Below are positions 10,598 through 19,427 of a stretch of 64,000 nt of DNA, one piece after another. Made by a program: the position numbers and the translations under genes. The stretch is from Stellaceae bacterium (GTDB lineage Bacteria; Pseudomonadota; Alphaproteobacteria; ATCC43930; CGMCC-115725). The notes below the pieces were generated by a model that had not been told where the DNA came from, searched no databases, and saw only the letters and a list, made by a program, of their open reading frames with translations. The stretch is from contig DATJOK010000126.1 of the NCBI GenBank assembly GCA_035507155.1, positions 1,409 through 65,408 of the forward strand, read 5' to 3'. Position 1 is the stretch's first letter; each line of letters starts with the position of its first letter.

Positions 10598-12097
10598 TCA
10601 GCGGCCCTCGTAATGCTTCTCCACCAGTTCGTTCAGCAGCCGGACACCGAAGGCGGTGGCGCCCTTCGGCACGATCGGCGTGTCCTTCTTCGACCAGGCA
10701 GTGCCGGCGATGTCGAGATGCGCCCAGGGCACGTTGTTGACGAAGCGCTGCAGGAACTGCGCCGCGGTGATGCTGCCGGCGTCGCGGCCGCCGCCGATGT
10801 TCTTCATGTCGGCGGCGTCGCTGTCGATCTGCCGGTCATAGGCGTCGGCGAGCGGCAGGCGCCAGAGCAGCTCCTCCACCGCCTTGCCGGCGGCGGTCAG
10901 ACGCTCGGCGAGCTGGTCGTTGTTGCCGAAGAGGCCGGCGTGCTCATGGCCGAGCGCGACGATGATGGCGCCGGTGAGCGTCGCCAGATTGACCATGAAC
11001 TGCGGCTTGAAACGGTCCTGGCAATACCAGAGCGCGTCCGCCAGGACGAGGCGCCCTTCGGCGTCGGTATTCAGCACCTCGACGGTCTGGCCCGACATGG
11101 TCTTCACGATGTCGCCCGGACGCTGGGCATTGCCGTCGGGCATGTTCTCGACCAGGCCCACGATGCCGACCGCGTTCACCTTGGCCTTGCGGCCGGCGAG
11201 CGCCTTCATCAGGCCGATCACCACGCCGGCGCCGGCCATGTCCCACTTCATGTCCTCCATGCCCTGGGCAGGCTTGATGGAGATGCCGCCGGTATCGAAG
11301 GTGACGCCCTTGCCGATGAAGGCGACCGGCGCCTTGTCGCGGGCGCGGGCGCCGCGGTACTGCATGACGACGAGACGCGGCGGCTTGGAGCTCCCCTGCC
11401 CGACGCCGAGCAACGCGCCCATGCCGAGCTTCTTCATCTCCTTCTCGTCGAGGATCTCGACCTTGACCCCGACCTTCTCCAGCGTCTTCGCCTGCTGCGC
11501 CAGCGTCTCCGGATAGATGATGTTGCCGGGCTCGGAGACGAGATCGCGGGTGAAGAAGATGCCCTCGCCGATCTGCTCCAGCGGCGCGTAGGCGCGCTTG
11601 GCGCTGGTGGCGGAGCCCGTCAGCACGGTGAGCTCGGCGAGGCTCGGCTTCTGCTCCGGCTTTTGGCGGGTGCGATACTTGTCGAAGCGATAGGAACGCA
11701 GCATGGCGCCGTGCGCGAGGTTGGCGGCCGCCGCGCCGCCGTCGAGGCGGACGCCGGCGATCTTGTCCACCGCGACCGCCGCGGCGGTCGCGCCGAGCGC
11801 GTTGAGGACCGGCACGATCGCGCCGCCCAGCCGCTTCATCTGCTGCGCATTGAGCGCGGCCGGCTTGCCGAGGCCAAGCAGCAGGATGCGCTCGTAGAAC
11901 AGGCCGCGCGGCGCCGGCACCGGCAGGATCTCCTCCTTCTTGCCGGTGAAGCGGCTGGCCGCCATCGCCTGGCCGATGGCGCCGTTGCTCTCGCGGTCGA
12001 GGGCTGCGGCCGTCGGCGTCAGCTTCTTGCCCTCCAGCACGCCCACCACGAGCGTGCCGGATTTCGGCAGCCGCAGATCCGCAAACGCGACCTTCAT
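10598..12097 (-). CDS. pepA: Leucyl aminopeptidase (M17)
   Basis: Track ORF 10598..12328. The start is taken at ATG 12097 (MKVAFADLRLPKSG...), which is preceded by GGGAGA. M17 blocks VGKGVTFDTGGISIKP and NTDAEGRLVLADAL are present. Confidence 0.95.
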   Translation of the reverse strand: MKVAFADLRLPKSGTLVVGVLEGKKLTPTAAALDRESNGAIGQAMAASRFTGKKEEILPVPAPRGLFYERILLLGLGKPAALNAQQMKRLGGAIVPVLNALGATAAAVAVDKIAGVRLDGGAAAANLAHGAMLRSYRFDKYRTRQKPEQKPSLAELTVLTGSATSAKRAYAPLEQIGEGIFFTRDLVSEPGNIIYPETLAQQAKTLEKVGVKVEILDEKEMKKLGMGALLGVGQGSSKPPRLVVMQYRGARARDKAPVAFIGKGVTFDTGGISIKPAQGMEDMKWDMAGAGVVIGLMKALAGRKAKVNAVGIVGLVENMPDGNAQRPGDIVKTMSGQTVEVLNTDAEGRLVLADALWYCQDRFKPQFMVNLATLTGAIIVALGHEHAGLFGNNDQLAERLTAAGKAVEELLWRLPLADAYDRQIDSDAADMKNIGGGRDAGSITAAQFLQRFVNNVPWAHLDIAGTAWSKKDTPIVPKGATAFGVRLLNELVEKHYEGR

Positions 12098-12194
12098 GAC
12101 GGATTCTCCCTGTTCACTGGCGCGGCATCGTAATGATTCGGTAAGAGATTGGCGAGAGCCGGCTGCGGGTCGGCCGGCGACATTTCCCGGCAGA

Positions 12195-13355
12195 TCAGCC
12201 GCGGGCGCGCCGGCGCCAGGTGGTGAGGCCGCTGATGGCGTAATTCCAGACCGCGCCGACCAGCGCGCCGGCGAAGCTCGCGAGCCACCAGGGCACGCTG
12301 AGCTGCTCGAACAGCAGCGTCGCGGCACCCCAATTGGCGACCGCGCCCACCGAGCAGACGATGCAGAACGACACCAGGCCTTTGAGGAAGCCCCAGCCCT
12401 TGAGGCGGAGGTCGCGATACGTCAGGAAGTTGTTGAGCACATAGTTGCCGACCATCGCCACGACGATGGCGACTGCCTGCGCCGGCCCGAACTGCAGACC
12501 GAGCACGGTGCGCATCAGCTCCAGCACGCCGATCTGGACAACGACGCCGAGGCCGCCGACCAGAGCGAAGGAGAGGAAACGGACCGGGATGTAGCGGCCG
12601 ACCATCTTGTCGCCGATCAGCATCACGTATTCCCAGACCGCGAGGCTGTCGAGCTTGCTCTCGCCGTGCTGGCGGCTGCGGAACTCGTAGGGCAGCTCCC
12701 GGAAGCGCAGCGGCCTGGGCGCCGAGGCGAAGAGATCCATCAGGATCTTGAAGCCGATGCCGGAGAGATTGCGCACCGCGCCGTCGAACGCCTCGCGGCG
12801 GACCATGAAGAAGCCGCTCATGGAATCCGCGACATCGGCCTTGAGGATGTAGCGGCTCAAGCGGGTCGCCAGGCCGCTGATGCGTACCCGGGTACTGCTC
12901 CACTCGCCGAAGCCACCGCCGGCGACGTAGCGGCTGCCGACGGCGATGTCGAGGGGCTCGCTCTTGAGGGCCTGCAGCATCTCGGGCAGCAGCTTCTCGT
13001 CATGCTGCAGGTCGGCATCCATCACCGCGATATAAGGAGCGCCGCTCGCCAGCGCCCCCTCGATGCAGGCGGTCGACAGGCCGCGCCGGCCGATCCGGTG
13101 GATGCAGCGCACACGGGGATCGCGCGCGGCCTCCGCGCGGATGACCTCGCGGGTGCCGTCGGTCGAATCATCGTCGACGAAGATCACTTCCCAGGCGATC
13201 CCGGACAAAGCCGAGCGCAGCAGCTGGAGGAGCGGCTCGATGTTTTCGCTCTCGTTCAGCGTCGGGATCACCACCGCGAGCTCCGGAACGCCGGGCGCGA
13301 GGCCGCCCGCCGCCATCGGCGGCGCGGGCCAGGTCTCGGTCCTCAGCTGATCCAT
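12195..13355 (-). CDS. GT2 polyprenyl-phosphate glycosyltransferase (Dpm1/ArnC-like) fused to a GtrA-like membrane domain
   Basis: Track ORF 12195..13844. The start is taken at ATG 13355 (MDQLRTE...); an alternative is ATG 13421. GT2 motifs are VVIPTLNESENI, FVDDDSTDGT and MDADLQHD. The C-terminal ~120 aa has 4 TM helices of GtrA type (FALVGGLGVVVQIGVL...NYVLNNFLTY...). Confidence 0.85.
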   Translation of the reverse strand: MDQLRTETWPAPPMAAGGLAPGVPELAVVIPTLNESENIEPLLQLLRSALSGIAWEVIFVDDDSTDGTREVIRAEAARDPRVRCIHRIGRRGLSTACIEGALASGAPYIAVMDADLQHDEKLLPEMLQALKSEPLDIAVGSRYVAGGGFGEWSSTRVRISGLATRLSRYILKADVADSMSGFFMVRREAFDGAVRNLSGIGFKILMDLFASAPRPLRFRELPYEFRSRQHGESKLDSLAVWEYVMLIGDKMVGRYIPVRFLSFALVGGLGVVVQIGVLELMRTVLGLQFGPAQAVAIVVAMVGNYVLNNFLTYRDLRLKGWGFLKGLVSFCIVCSVGAVANWGAATLLFEQLSVPWWLASFAGALVGAVWNYAISGLTTWRRRARG

Positions 13356-13536
13356 CGGCTCCGTCACGCCCGCTCGGCCCCCTGCAAGGGAATTCCCCTC
13401 CGTGGGTCTTCCCTGGCGCATCTGCCGCCCGAGTGGATACCGGTTCGGCGTCGAAAATGCGACAAAACAAATAGGTCCCACACAGTGATCCGCTTCACTG
13501 CATGCCTGCTGTAGCCCGCCGGTCGTTACTACATCG

Positions 13537-15405
13537 TCAACGGCAGAGCGGCTTCGCCGAAAGCATCGGCGTCCAGCGCGCGCTGCTCCATTGCGGATAG
13601 CGCCACGCCTGCAGGACGCGCCACTGCTCGTCCCGGCGCTCCAGCAGCACCGGCTGGCGGGGCGGCAGCCCCTCGGCTCCTTCGGGCGTGCAGGTGATGA
13701 GCACCTTGGTAACCCCATCCGAGGCGAGATCGGCCAGCGTCGTGTCGTCGAAGCTGTCGAGGACGGTGATATCGAGCCGAGGCCAGCGCGGCGCCTCGTA
13801 GCGCAGCACGCTCTCCAGCATGGTGGCGACGCTGCCGTTGTCACCCGGCAGCACCAGGGCGAGCCGATCGCCGGAGCGCAGCAGCTCCGCGGTGTCGGTG
13901 GCGAGCGCGCGCACCAGCGGCTGCGGATTCACGAGATCGAAGCGCAGGCGCTTGATGAAGGGGATCGGTCCCAGCATCGCCAGCAGCACGGCGGCGGCGG
14001 CGGCGAGCCGGCGCCGCGACGGGCCGGGCATGCGGCCGTGCTCGCTGATCATCGCCCGCGCCGCGGTCGCGAGCGCGATCACCAGCAGCAGCGAGAGGTG
14101 GGTGCTGTAGCGGAAATAGGAGTGCGCGTTGGCGCTCATCTCCGGCGAGAAGTGCGCGACATAGGTGAAGATCAGGAAGCCGTTGTAGCCGACGAGCACG
14201 ATGAGCAGGAGTGCCAGCAGCCGCGCCGGCAGGTCGAGGCCGCGCGCGATCAGACGCACCACCAGCAGCACCGCGGCAAGCTCGAGGAAGGCGAAGAACA
14301 CGCCCTTCTCCAGGATCGTTTCGCCCATGCTGTGGAGCGCCTGCGGCAGCAGTTCCCATTGCCACTCGCCGAAAGGCTTGAGCTTGAGCTCGCCTCCCTG
14401 GGCGAAACTCGTCAGCACGAACCACCGCCAGACCAGATAGAGCGCCGCCGCCGGCAGGAAGGCCGGAACATGGAGGGCCAGGGACCGGAGCCTGGTGCCG
14501 CGCGGCCCCGCGAGAGCCAGGATGCCGATGCCGAGCGCCAGCGCGGCGACGAAGGAGACCGATTCCTGCTTGATGTTGACGAGCGCCGCCAGCACCAGGG
14601 CGAGCGCGGCGAGATCGCGCCAGGGCCGCTCGCCCGCAGCGACGCCGCCGAGGCTCCGCGCCGCGAGCCAGCCGGCAGCACCGAGACAGACGGCGACCGA
14701 GGCCTCGCCATAGGGCGCGAAGTAGATGCGCGGCACGAAGCCGGGATTGAGCACGGTCGCCAGCAGCAGCCCGAAAGCGGTGGCCCCCCAGCTCGGCGCC
14801 AGACTGTCCTCGCGGCCGAGAAACTGCACGACGCGCGCCAGCAGCAGGCCGTAGAGCAGATGCAGCAGCACGTTGATGTGCGCCATCGCCGAGGCCGGCA
14901 GCTCCGGCAGCGCGAGCCCCGCCACATAGGCCCAGAACTGCAGATTGTAAGGCGCGCCCGGCAGGAAGGAGTGGCTCGGCGGGCCGCCATCGGTCGGCAG
15001 CATGCCGTAATCGTGCAGATAGGCCGCGTTCGGCAGCAGGTTGAGATAGGTGTCCGGCTGCGAGGGACGCGCGGTCAGCATGATGAGCCAGAGCGGCACG
15101 CTCAGCACCATCATCCGCGAAAGTGCGATCCAGTCGCCGCGCCGCGGCCTGAGACGCGGCGTTGCCAGTGTCAGCAGCGCCACCGCCTCGATCGCCGGCA
15201 GCGGCCACCACAGCGGGCCCTGACGCAGCACGCCCCAGAAGGTGAGCACGAGGCAGAGCCCGCCCCAGCCCGCCAGCGTCTGCAGCTCCGGCGTGCCGCG
15301 GCCGAGCAGCAGCGCCCGTCCCCAGAGGAACAGCAGCAGCCCGGCGCCCCACACGGCAGCGAGGTTGGCCAGGTCGATCGGCGTAGGAATGAGGAATGGG
15401 ATCAA
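13537..15405 (-). CDS. Polytopic membrane protein with a C-terminal soluble domain (candidate GT-C-type glycosyltransferase; family not recognised)
   Basis: 622-aa ORF. It has many hydrophobic helices (MIPFLIPTPIDLANLAAVWGAGLLLFLWG...), then a ~130-aa hydrophilic C-terminus. It is on the same strand as, and adjacent to, the GT2-GtrA gene. Confidence 0.6.
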   Translation of the reverse strand: MIPFLIPTPIDLANLAAVWGAGLLLFLWGRALLLGRGTPELQTLAGWGGLCLVLTFWGVLRQGPLWWPLPAIEAVALLTLATPRLRPRRGDWIALSRMMVLSVPLWLIMLTARPSQPDTYLNLLPNAAYLHDYGMLPTDGGPPSHSFLPGAPYNLQFWAYVAGLALPELPASAMAHINVLLHLLYGLLLARVVQFLGREDSLAPSWGATAFGLLLATVLNPGFVPRIYFAPYGEASVAVCLGAAGWLAARSLGGVAAGERPWRDLAALALVLAALVNIKQESVSFVAALALGIGILALAGPRGTRLRSLALHVPAFLPAAALYLVWRWFVLTSFAQGGELKLKPFGEWQWELLPQALHSMGETILEKGVFFAFLELAAVLLVVRLIARGLDLPARLLALLLIVLVGYNGFLIFTYVAHFSPEMSANAHSYFRYSTHLSLLLVIALATAARAMISEHGRMPGPSRRRLAAAAAVLLAMLGPIPFIKRLRFDLVNPQPLVRALATDTAELLRSGDRLALVLPGDNGSVATMLESVLRYEAPRWPRLDITVLDSFDDTTLADLASDGVTKVLITCTPEGAEGLPPRQPVLLERRDEQWRVLQAWRYPQWSSARWTPMLSAKPLCR

Positions 15406-15524
15406 GGGTTGGACCGCGCGAGCGCGATGCCTCGACCATTCGGGCGCAGGCCCTGGTCCCGACGAGTTCCGCTCTCCTCGAAGGCTCTAGCCGGCCCCCT
15501 TTGCGCCGTCAAGCGCGCTCCGGG

Positions 15525-17057
15525 TCAACGCCCGATCCGATAGAGCGCGAAACTCGGCTCGACGGCCACCGGCGTCAGCCCGGGCACCGGCGGCAGCGCG
15601 AAAGGACGGCGATCGAGCACCACCAGCGCGTCGTAATCCCGAAGCGCCCGCGGCACCTCCGGCGCGGCGCCGCCCTCGACCATCAGCGCGCGCCAGAGCG
15701 CGCTCGGCTCCGCCTCCGCCGCCAGCCGCTGCGCCTCCGGGGTCAGCCTCACCGGCTGCTGGCCGCGATAGGCGAAGAGCGTCGGCACGAAAGCCTGCCG
15801 CTCGATCACTGCCATGGTGGGAAGATGCGTCGTCGGCGCCGGATCGGACGCGATGGCGCCGGCGGGATACGCCACCGCGAGCCGCCCGCCCTCGGGCACC
15901 TGCGCCAGGATTGCGAGCTCGCGGGCGTAGCCGGGCTGGGCCTGCTGCCACTGGGCGGTCACCAGCCCCATGCGGAACAGGAAGAGCGCGATCCCGGCGG
16001 TGCCGATCGCGATCACCGTCCGCCGCCGGAGCGCCGGCGCCGTCGTCGCCGAAGCGAGCAGGACCGCGATTGCCAGGGGCATCCGGTGATCGACCGCCGA
16101 GGCGGTCATGAGCTGCGTCGGCGCCAGCACGAAGGCCAGGGCGAGCAGCAGCAGCGGCAGGCGGAGCGCCGGCACCAGCACCAGGTGGCGCCGCGCATAG
16201 GCATAGATCGCGAGCAGCGCCAGGAGCACGAAGCAGGCGACGTCGATGCCGCGATGGTAGTTGTCGAAGACGCTGAAGGTGAGGTCGAGCTTGCGCACGA
16301 AGCGCCCGTAATGGATGCCGGAGACACCGCCACCCTCGCCGCCGGCGAGCAGGATCAGCAGGCCGGGCAGGAAGGGGAGAGCGGCGAGGGCCAATCGCGT
16401 CAGCACGCGACGCGCCGACCCTCCCGCAGCGCCGCGCGCGCCGCCGAGCTCGCAACCCGCGACCAGGATGCCGTAGATGGCCCAGGCCATCAGATGGCAG
16501 AAGAAGAGCGCGATGGCGAAGCCGGTGGAGACCACAAGGCGAAGCGTCAGGCTCCGCCGCTCGAGGCCGATCCAGGCGGCGAGGGCCAGGAGGGCGAGTC
16601 CCACGCCCAGCAGGTAGTTGAGGAAGCCCCAGAGCAGGACTCGGCTGTAGAGAAAGAGGAAGGCGAAGAGCGGCCAGACCGACCAGCGACCGGTCGCCGC
16701 TCGATGCAGCAGTGCGCTGCCGCCGGCGAGGAGCCCAAGGGCGATCAGGATGACCGCGCGCCCCGCCCAGCCGAGCGGCATCAGCCTGGCGAGCGGCGGC
16801 ACCAGCAGATCCATGCCGAGATTCGGCAATGCCGCCCAGCGCAGCTCGTAGTAGCGGCTGAGCGCCGCCTGCTCCGGCAGGTGGATCAGCAGGTACATGC
16901 GCGCGAGATGATTCGGATAGTCGAAGAGCGGCGGCAGCGGCGCCAGCAGCACTGGCAGCGCCGCCACCGCGAGGAGAGCGGCGAAGATCGCCCAGAACGG
17001 CGCGGCGCGGAGCCCATGCTGGGCGGCGGTCGTGGCGGCGGCGTTCCCGGCAGTCAT
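15525..17057 (-). CDS. Polytopic membrane protein with a C-terminal soluble domain, unknown family
   Basis: Track ORF 15525..17192. The start is taken at ATG 17057 (MTAGNAAATTAAQHG...), because the longer form would overlap the lptF start. It has ~10 TM segments, a first loop containing FDYPNHLARMYLL, and a hydrophilic ~150-aa C-terminus. Confidence 0.55.
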   Translation of the reverse strand: MTAGNAAATTAAQHGLRAAPFWAIFAALLAVAALPVLLAPLPPLFDYPNHLARMYLLIHLPEQAALSRYYELRWAALPNLGMDLLVPPLARLMPLGWAGRAVILIALGLLAGGSALLHRAATGRWSVWPLFAFLFLYSRVLLWGFLNYLLGVGLALLALAAWIGLERRSLTLRLVVSTGFAIALFFCHLMAWAIYGILVAGCELGGARGAAGGSARRVLTRLALAALPFLPGLLILLAGGEGGGVSGIHYGRFVRKLDLTFSVFDNYHRGIDVACFVLLALLAIYAYARRHLVLVPALRLPLLLLALAFVLAPTQLMTASAVDHRMPLAIAVLLASATTAPALRRRTVIAIGTAGIALFLFRMGLVTAQWQQAQPGYARELAILAQVPEGGRLAVAYPAGAIASDPAPTTHLPTMAVIERQAFVPTLFAYRGQQPVRLTPEAQRLAAEAEPSALWRALMVEGGAAPEVPRALRDYDALVVLDRRPFALPPVPGLTPVAVEPSFALYRIGR

Positions 17058-17176
17058 GCGATGCGACGGCTCCAGCCTGCCCGCGGCGGGCGAGCCGGCG
17101 GCGCGAACGGCGCCCGACCCTGCCCTATCAGGCGGAGCGGCGCAATTGGCGCTGGTCTGCCGCGGATTTGCGCACA

Positions 17177-17182
17177 TATAAT
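17177..17182 (+). promoter_or_regulatory. Perfect TATAAT hexamer 8 nt upstream of the lptF ATG (possible -10 of a leaderless transcript)
   Basis: The sequence is cacaTATAATccgcccccATG. There is no Shine-Dalgarno between the hexamer and the ATG, and no convincing -35. Confidence 0.3.
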
Positions 17183-17190
17183 CCGCCCCC

Positions 17191-18312
17191 ATGAAGAGCC
17201 TGTCGCGCTACGTGCTGAAGGAGACGCTGACGCTCACCTTCGCGCTGACGCTGGTGTTCAGCGCGGCCGTGTGGCTGGTGCAGTCGCTGCGCCTGATCGA
17301 CCTCCTGGTCAACCGCGGGCTTTCTGTCGGAATTTTCATCGAGCTCGCGGCGCTGATCTTTCCGCGCTTCATCGAGATCGTGCTGCCGATCGCGATCTTC
17401 CTGGCGATCCTGTTCAGCTACAACCGGCTGATCTCGGAGAGCGAGCTCATCGTGATGCGCGCGGCGGGCCTCAGCCAGACCACCCTCGCCCGGCCCGCGC
17501 TGCAGCTCGCCGGGATCGGCGCCGCCGTGCTGCTCATCCTCTCGACATACCTGATGCCGGCGGCCAACCGGGAGTTCAAGGACCTGCAGTTCGAGATCCG
17601 CAACCACTTCGCCTCGGCGCTGATCCAGGAGGGCGTGTTCAACACGCTCTCCGATCACCTCACGGTCTACGTCCGGAGCCGCGACCGCCGTGGCGAGCTC
17701 GGCGGCCTGATCATCCACGATACCCGCGACCCCAAGCGTCCGGTGACTCTCTTCGCCGAGCAGGGCGCGATCGTCGATACCCCGGACGGCCCCCGCATCC
17801 TGATGGCGCACGGCAGCCGCCAGCAGTTCGACGAGGATGGCCACAAGCTCGCGGTGCTGAGCTTCGAAAGCTACACGCTCGATCTCTCGAACTCCAAGGA
17901 GGTGGTCGCCGCGCGCCAGCGTCAGCCCGACGAGCGCTATCTGCACGAGCTGATCTTCGACAATGACGCGGCCTCACGCCGCGCGTTCGGATCCGGCCTC
18001 ACCCTCGAGCTGCATCTGCAGCTGCTGGCGCCCTTCGCCGCCATCGTGTTCGCGCTCATTCCGCTGGTCTGCCTGCTGCCCGGCGACTTCAATCGCCGCG
18101 GCCAGGGTCGTCGCATCCTGGCGGCGATCGTCTGCGCGGTGCTGTTCCAGATCATCGACCTCGGCGTCAAGAACCTCGCCACCCGCAACATGGCGGCCGT
18201 GCCGCTGCTCTACCTCGACATGCTGCTGCCGATCGCAGTCGGCAGCTGGCTGCTGATGCGCGACGGGCGCTGGCCGTGGCTGCCGCGCGTCGCGCCCGCG
18301 GCGAGCGCGTGA
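17191..18312 (+). CDS. lptF: LPS export ABC transporter permease LptF
   Basis: 373 aa starting MKSLSRYVLKETLTLTFALTLVFSAAVWLVQSLRLIDLLV... (YjgP/YjgQ family). It is followed by lptG and lptD. Confidence 0.9.
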   Translation: MKSLSRYVLKETLTLTFALTLVFSAAVWLVQSLRLIDLLVNRGLSVGIFIELAALIFPRFIEIVLPIAIFLAILFSYNRLISESELIVMRAAGLSQTTLARPALQLAGIGAAVLLILSTYLMPAANREFKDLQFEIRNHFASALIQEGVFNTLSDHLTVYVRSRDRRGELGGLIIHDTRDPKRPVTLFAEQGAIVDTPDGPRILMAHGSRQQFDEDGHKLAVLSFESYTLDLSNSKEVVAARQRQPDERYLHELIFDNDAASRRAFGSGLTLELHLQLLAPFAAIVFALIPLVCLLPGDFNRRGQGRRILAAIVCAVLFQIIDLGVKNLATRNMAAVPLLYLDMLLPIAVGSWLLMRDGRWPWLPRVAPAASA

Positions 18313-18323
18313 GGGGCGTCGCG

Positions 18324-19421
18324 ATGCCGACCTGGCGCACGCTCGCCATCTACATCGCCCGGCAGTTCCTGGTCTGGTGTTTCGGCGTCTTCGCCGCCAT
18401 GGCGGTGATCGTCTTCCTGCTCGACTACGTGGAGCTGATCCGGCGCGGCGGCAGCCATCCCGGCGCCACGCTCTGGGTGCTGCTCGAGATGGCGGTGCTG
18501 AAGCAACCCTACATGGCGCAGCAGATCATGCCGTTCGCCATCCTGTTCGGCGGCATGATGGCGTTCTGGCGAATGACGCGCAGCAACGAGCTGGTGGTGG
18601 CGCGCGCGGCCGGCGTCTCCGTGTGGCAGTTCCTGGCGCCCGCGGTCGCCATGGCGCTGGTGATCGGCGTGCTGATGGTGGCGGTGTTCAGCCCGATCGC
18701 CTCGGCGATGCAGCTCAGCTACGAGAAGCTCGAGAACCGGGTGCTGCGCGGCAGCAACGATCAGCTCTCTCTCTCGCGCTCGGGCCTGTGGCTGCGCCAG
18801 AGCGACAGCCAGGGCATGCCGTCGGTGATCCATGCCGAGCGCCTGGCGCCCGGCGGCGTCACGCTCGAGGACGTGCTGGTGCTGTTCTTCGACAAGAACG
18901 ATCGCCTGATCGGCCGCATCGACGCCAAGCAGGCGCGGCTCGAGGACGGCAAATGGCTGATCACCGGCGGCACGCGCTGGGAGCCCGGTCACGCGCAGCA
19001 GCCCTTCGCGGAGACCACCATCGAGACCAATATGACGCCGCGCAAGATCGAGGAGAGCTTCGCCTCGCCGGAAACCATGTCGTTCTGGGAGCTGCCGGGC
19101 TTCATCCGGCTGCTTGACGAGTCCGGCTTCTCGACACAGCGGCACCGCCTCTATTACGACGTGCTGCTGGCGCGGCCCTTCCTGCTGGCGGCCATGGTGC
19201 TGATCGCCGCCACCTTCAGCCTCCGCATGCATCGGCGCGGCGGCACGACGATGATGATCACCGCCGGCGTCGCCAGCGGCTTCGTGCTTTACATGCTTTC
19301 CGACGTGGTATTCGCGCTAGGGCTCTCCTCGACGATCCCGGTGACGCTGGCCGCGTGGACCCCGGCAGGGGTAAGCTGGCTCCTGGGCGCGAGCCTACTG
19401 CTGCACCTCGAGGATGGCTGA
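18324..19421 (+). CDS. lptG: LPS export ABC transporter permease LptG
   Basis: Track ORF 18276..19421. The start is at ATG 18324 (MPTWRTLAIYIARQFLVWCFGVF...). YjgP/YjgQ family, a paralogue of lptF. Confidence 0.9.
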   Translation: MPTWRTLAIYIARQFLVWCFGVFAAMAVIVFLLDYVELIRRGGSHPGATLWVLLEMAVLKQPYMAQQIMPFAILFGGMMAFWRMTRSNELVVARAAGVSVWQFLAPAVAMALVIGVLMVAVFSPIASAMQLSYEKLENRVLRGSNDQLSLSRSGLWLRQSDSQGMPSVIHAERLAPGGVTLEDVLVLFFDKNDRLIGRIDAKQARLEDGKWLITGGTRWEPGHAQQPFAETTIETNMTPRKIEESFASPETMSFWELPGFIRLLDESGFSTQRHRLYYDVLLARPFLLAAMVLIAATFSLRMHRRGGTTMMITAGVASGFVLYMLSDVVFALGLSSTIPVTLAAWTPAGVSWLLGASLLLHLEDG

Positions 19422-19427
19422 CGGGGG

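Noticed and set aside
13356-13844. N-terminal extension of the GT2 gene (track ORF 12195-13844) overlapping the 3' end of the upstream membrane protein gene
   Set aside because: The extension has shadow-frame composition and overlaps the well-supported ORF 13537-15405. The GT2 domain begins right after the ATG at 13355.
12098-17190. Looked for insertion hallmarks around the glycosylation cassette (direct repeats, tRNA, integrase, IS ends)
   Set aside because: None was found by eye in 12098-12194 or 17058-17190. The cassette is therefore not called a mobile element or genomic island, only a synteny break.
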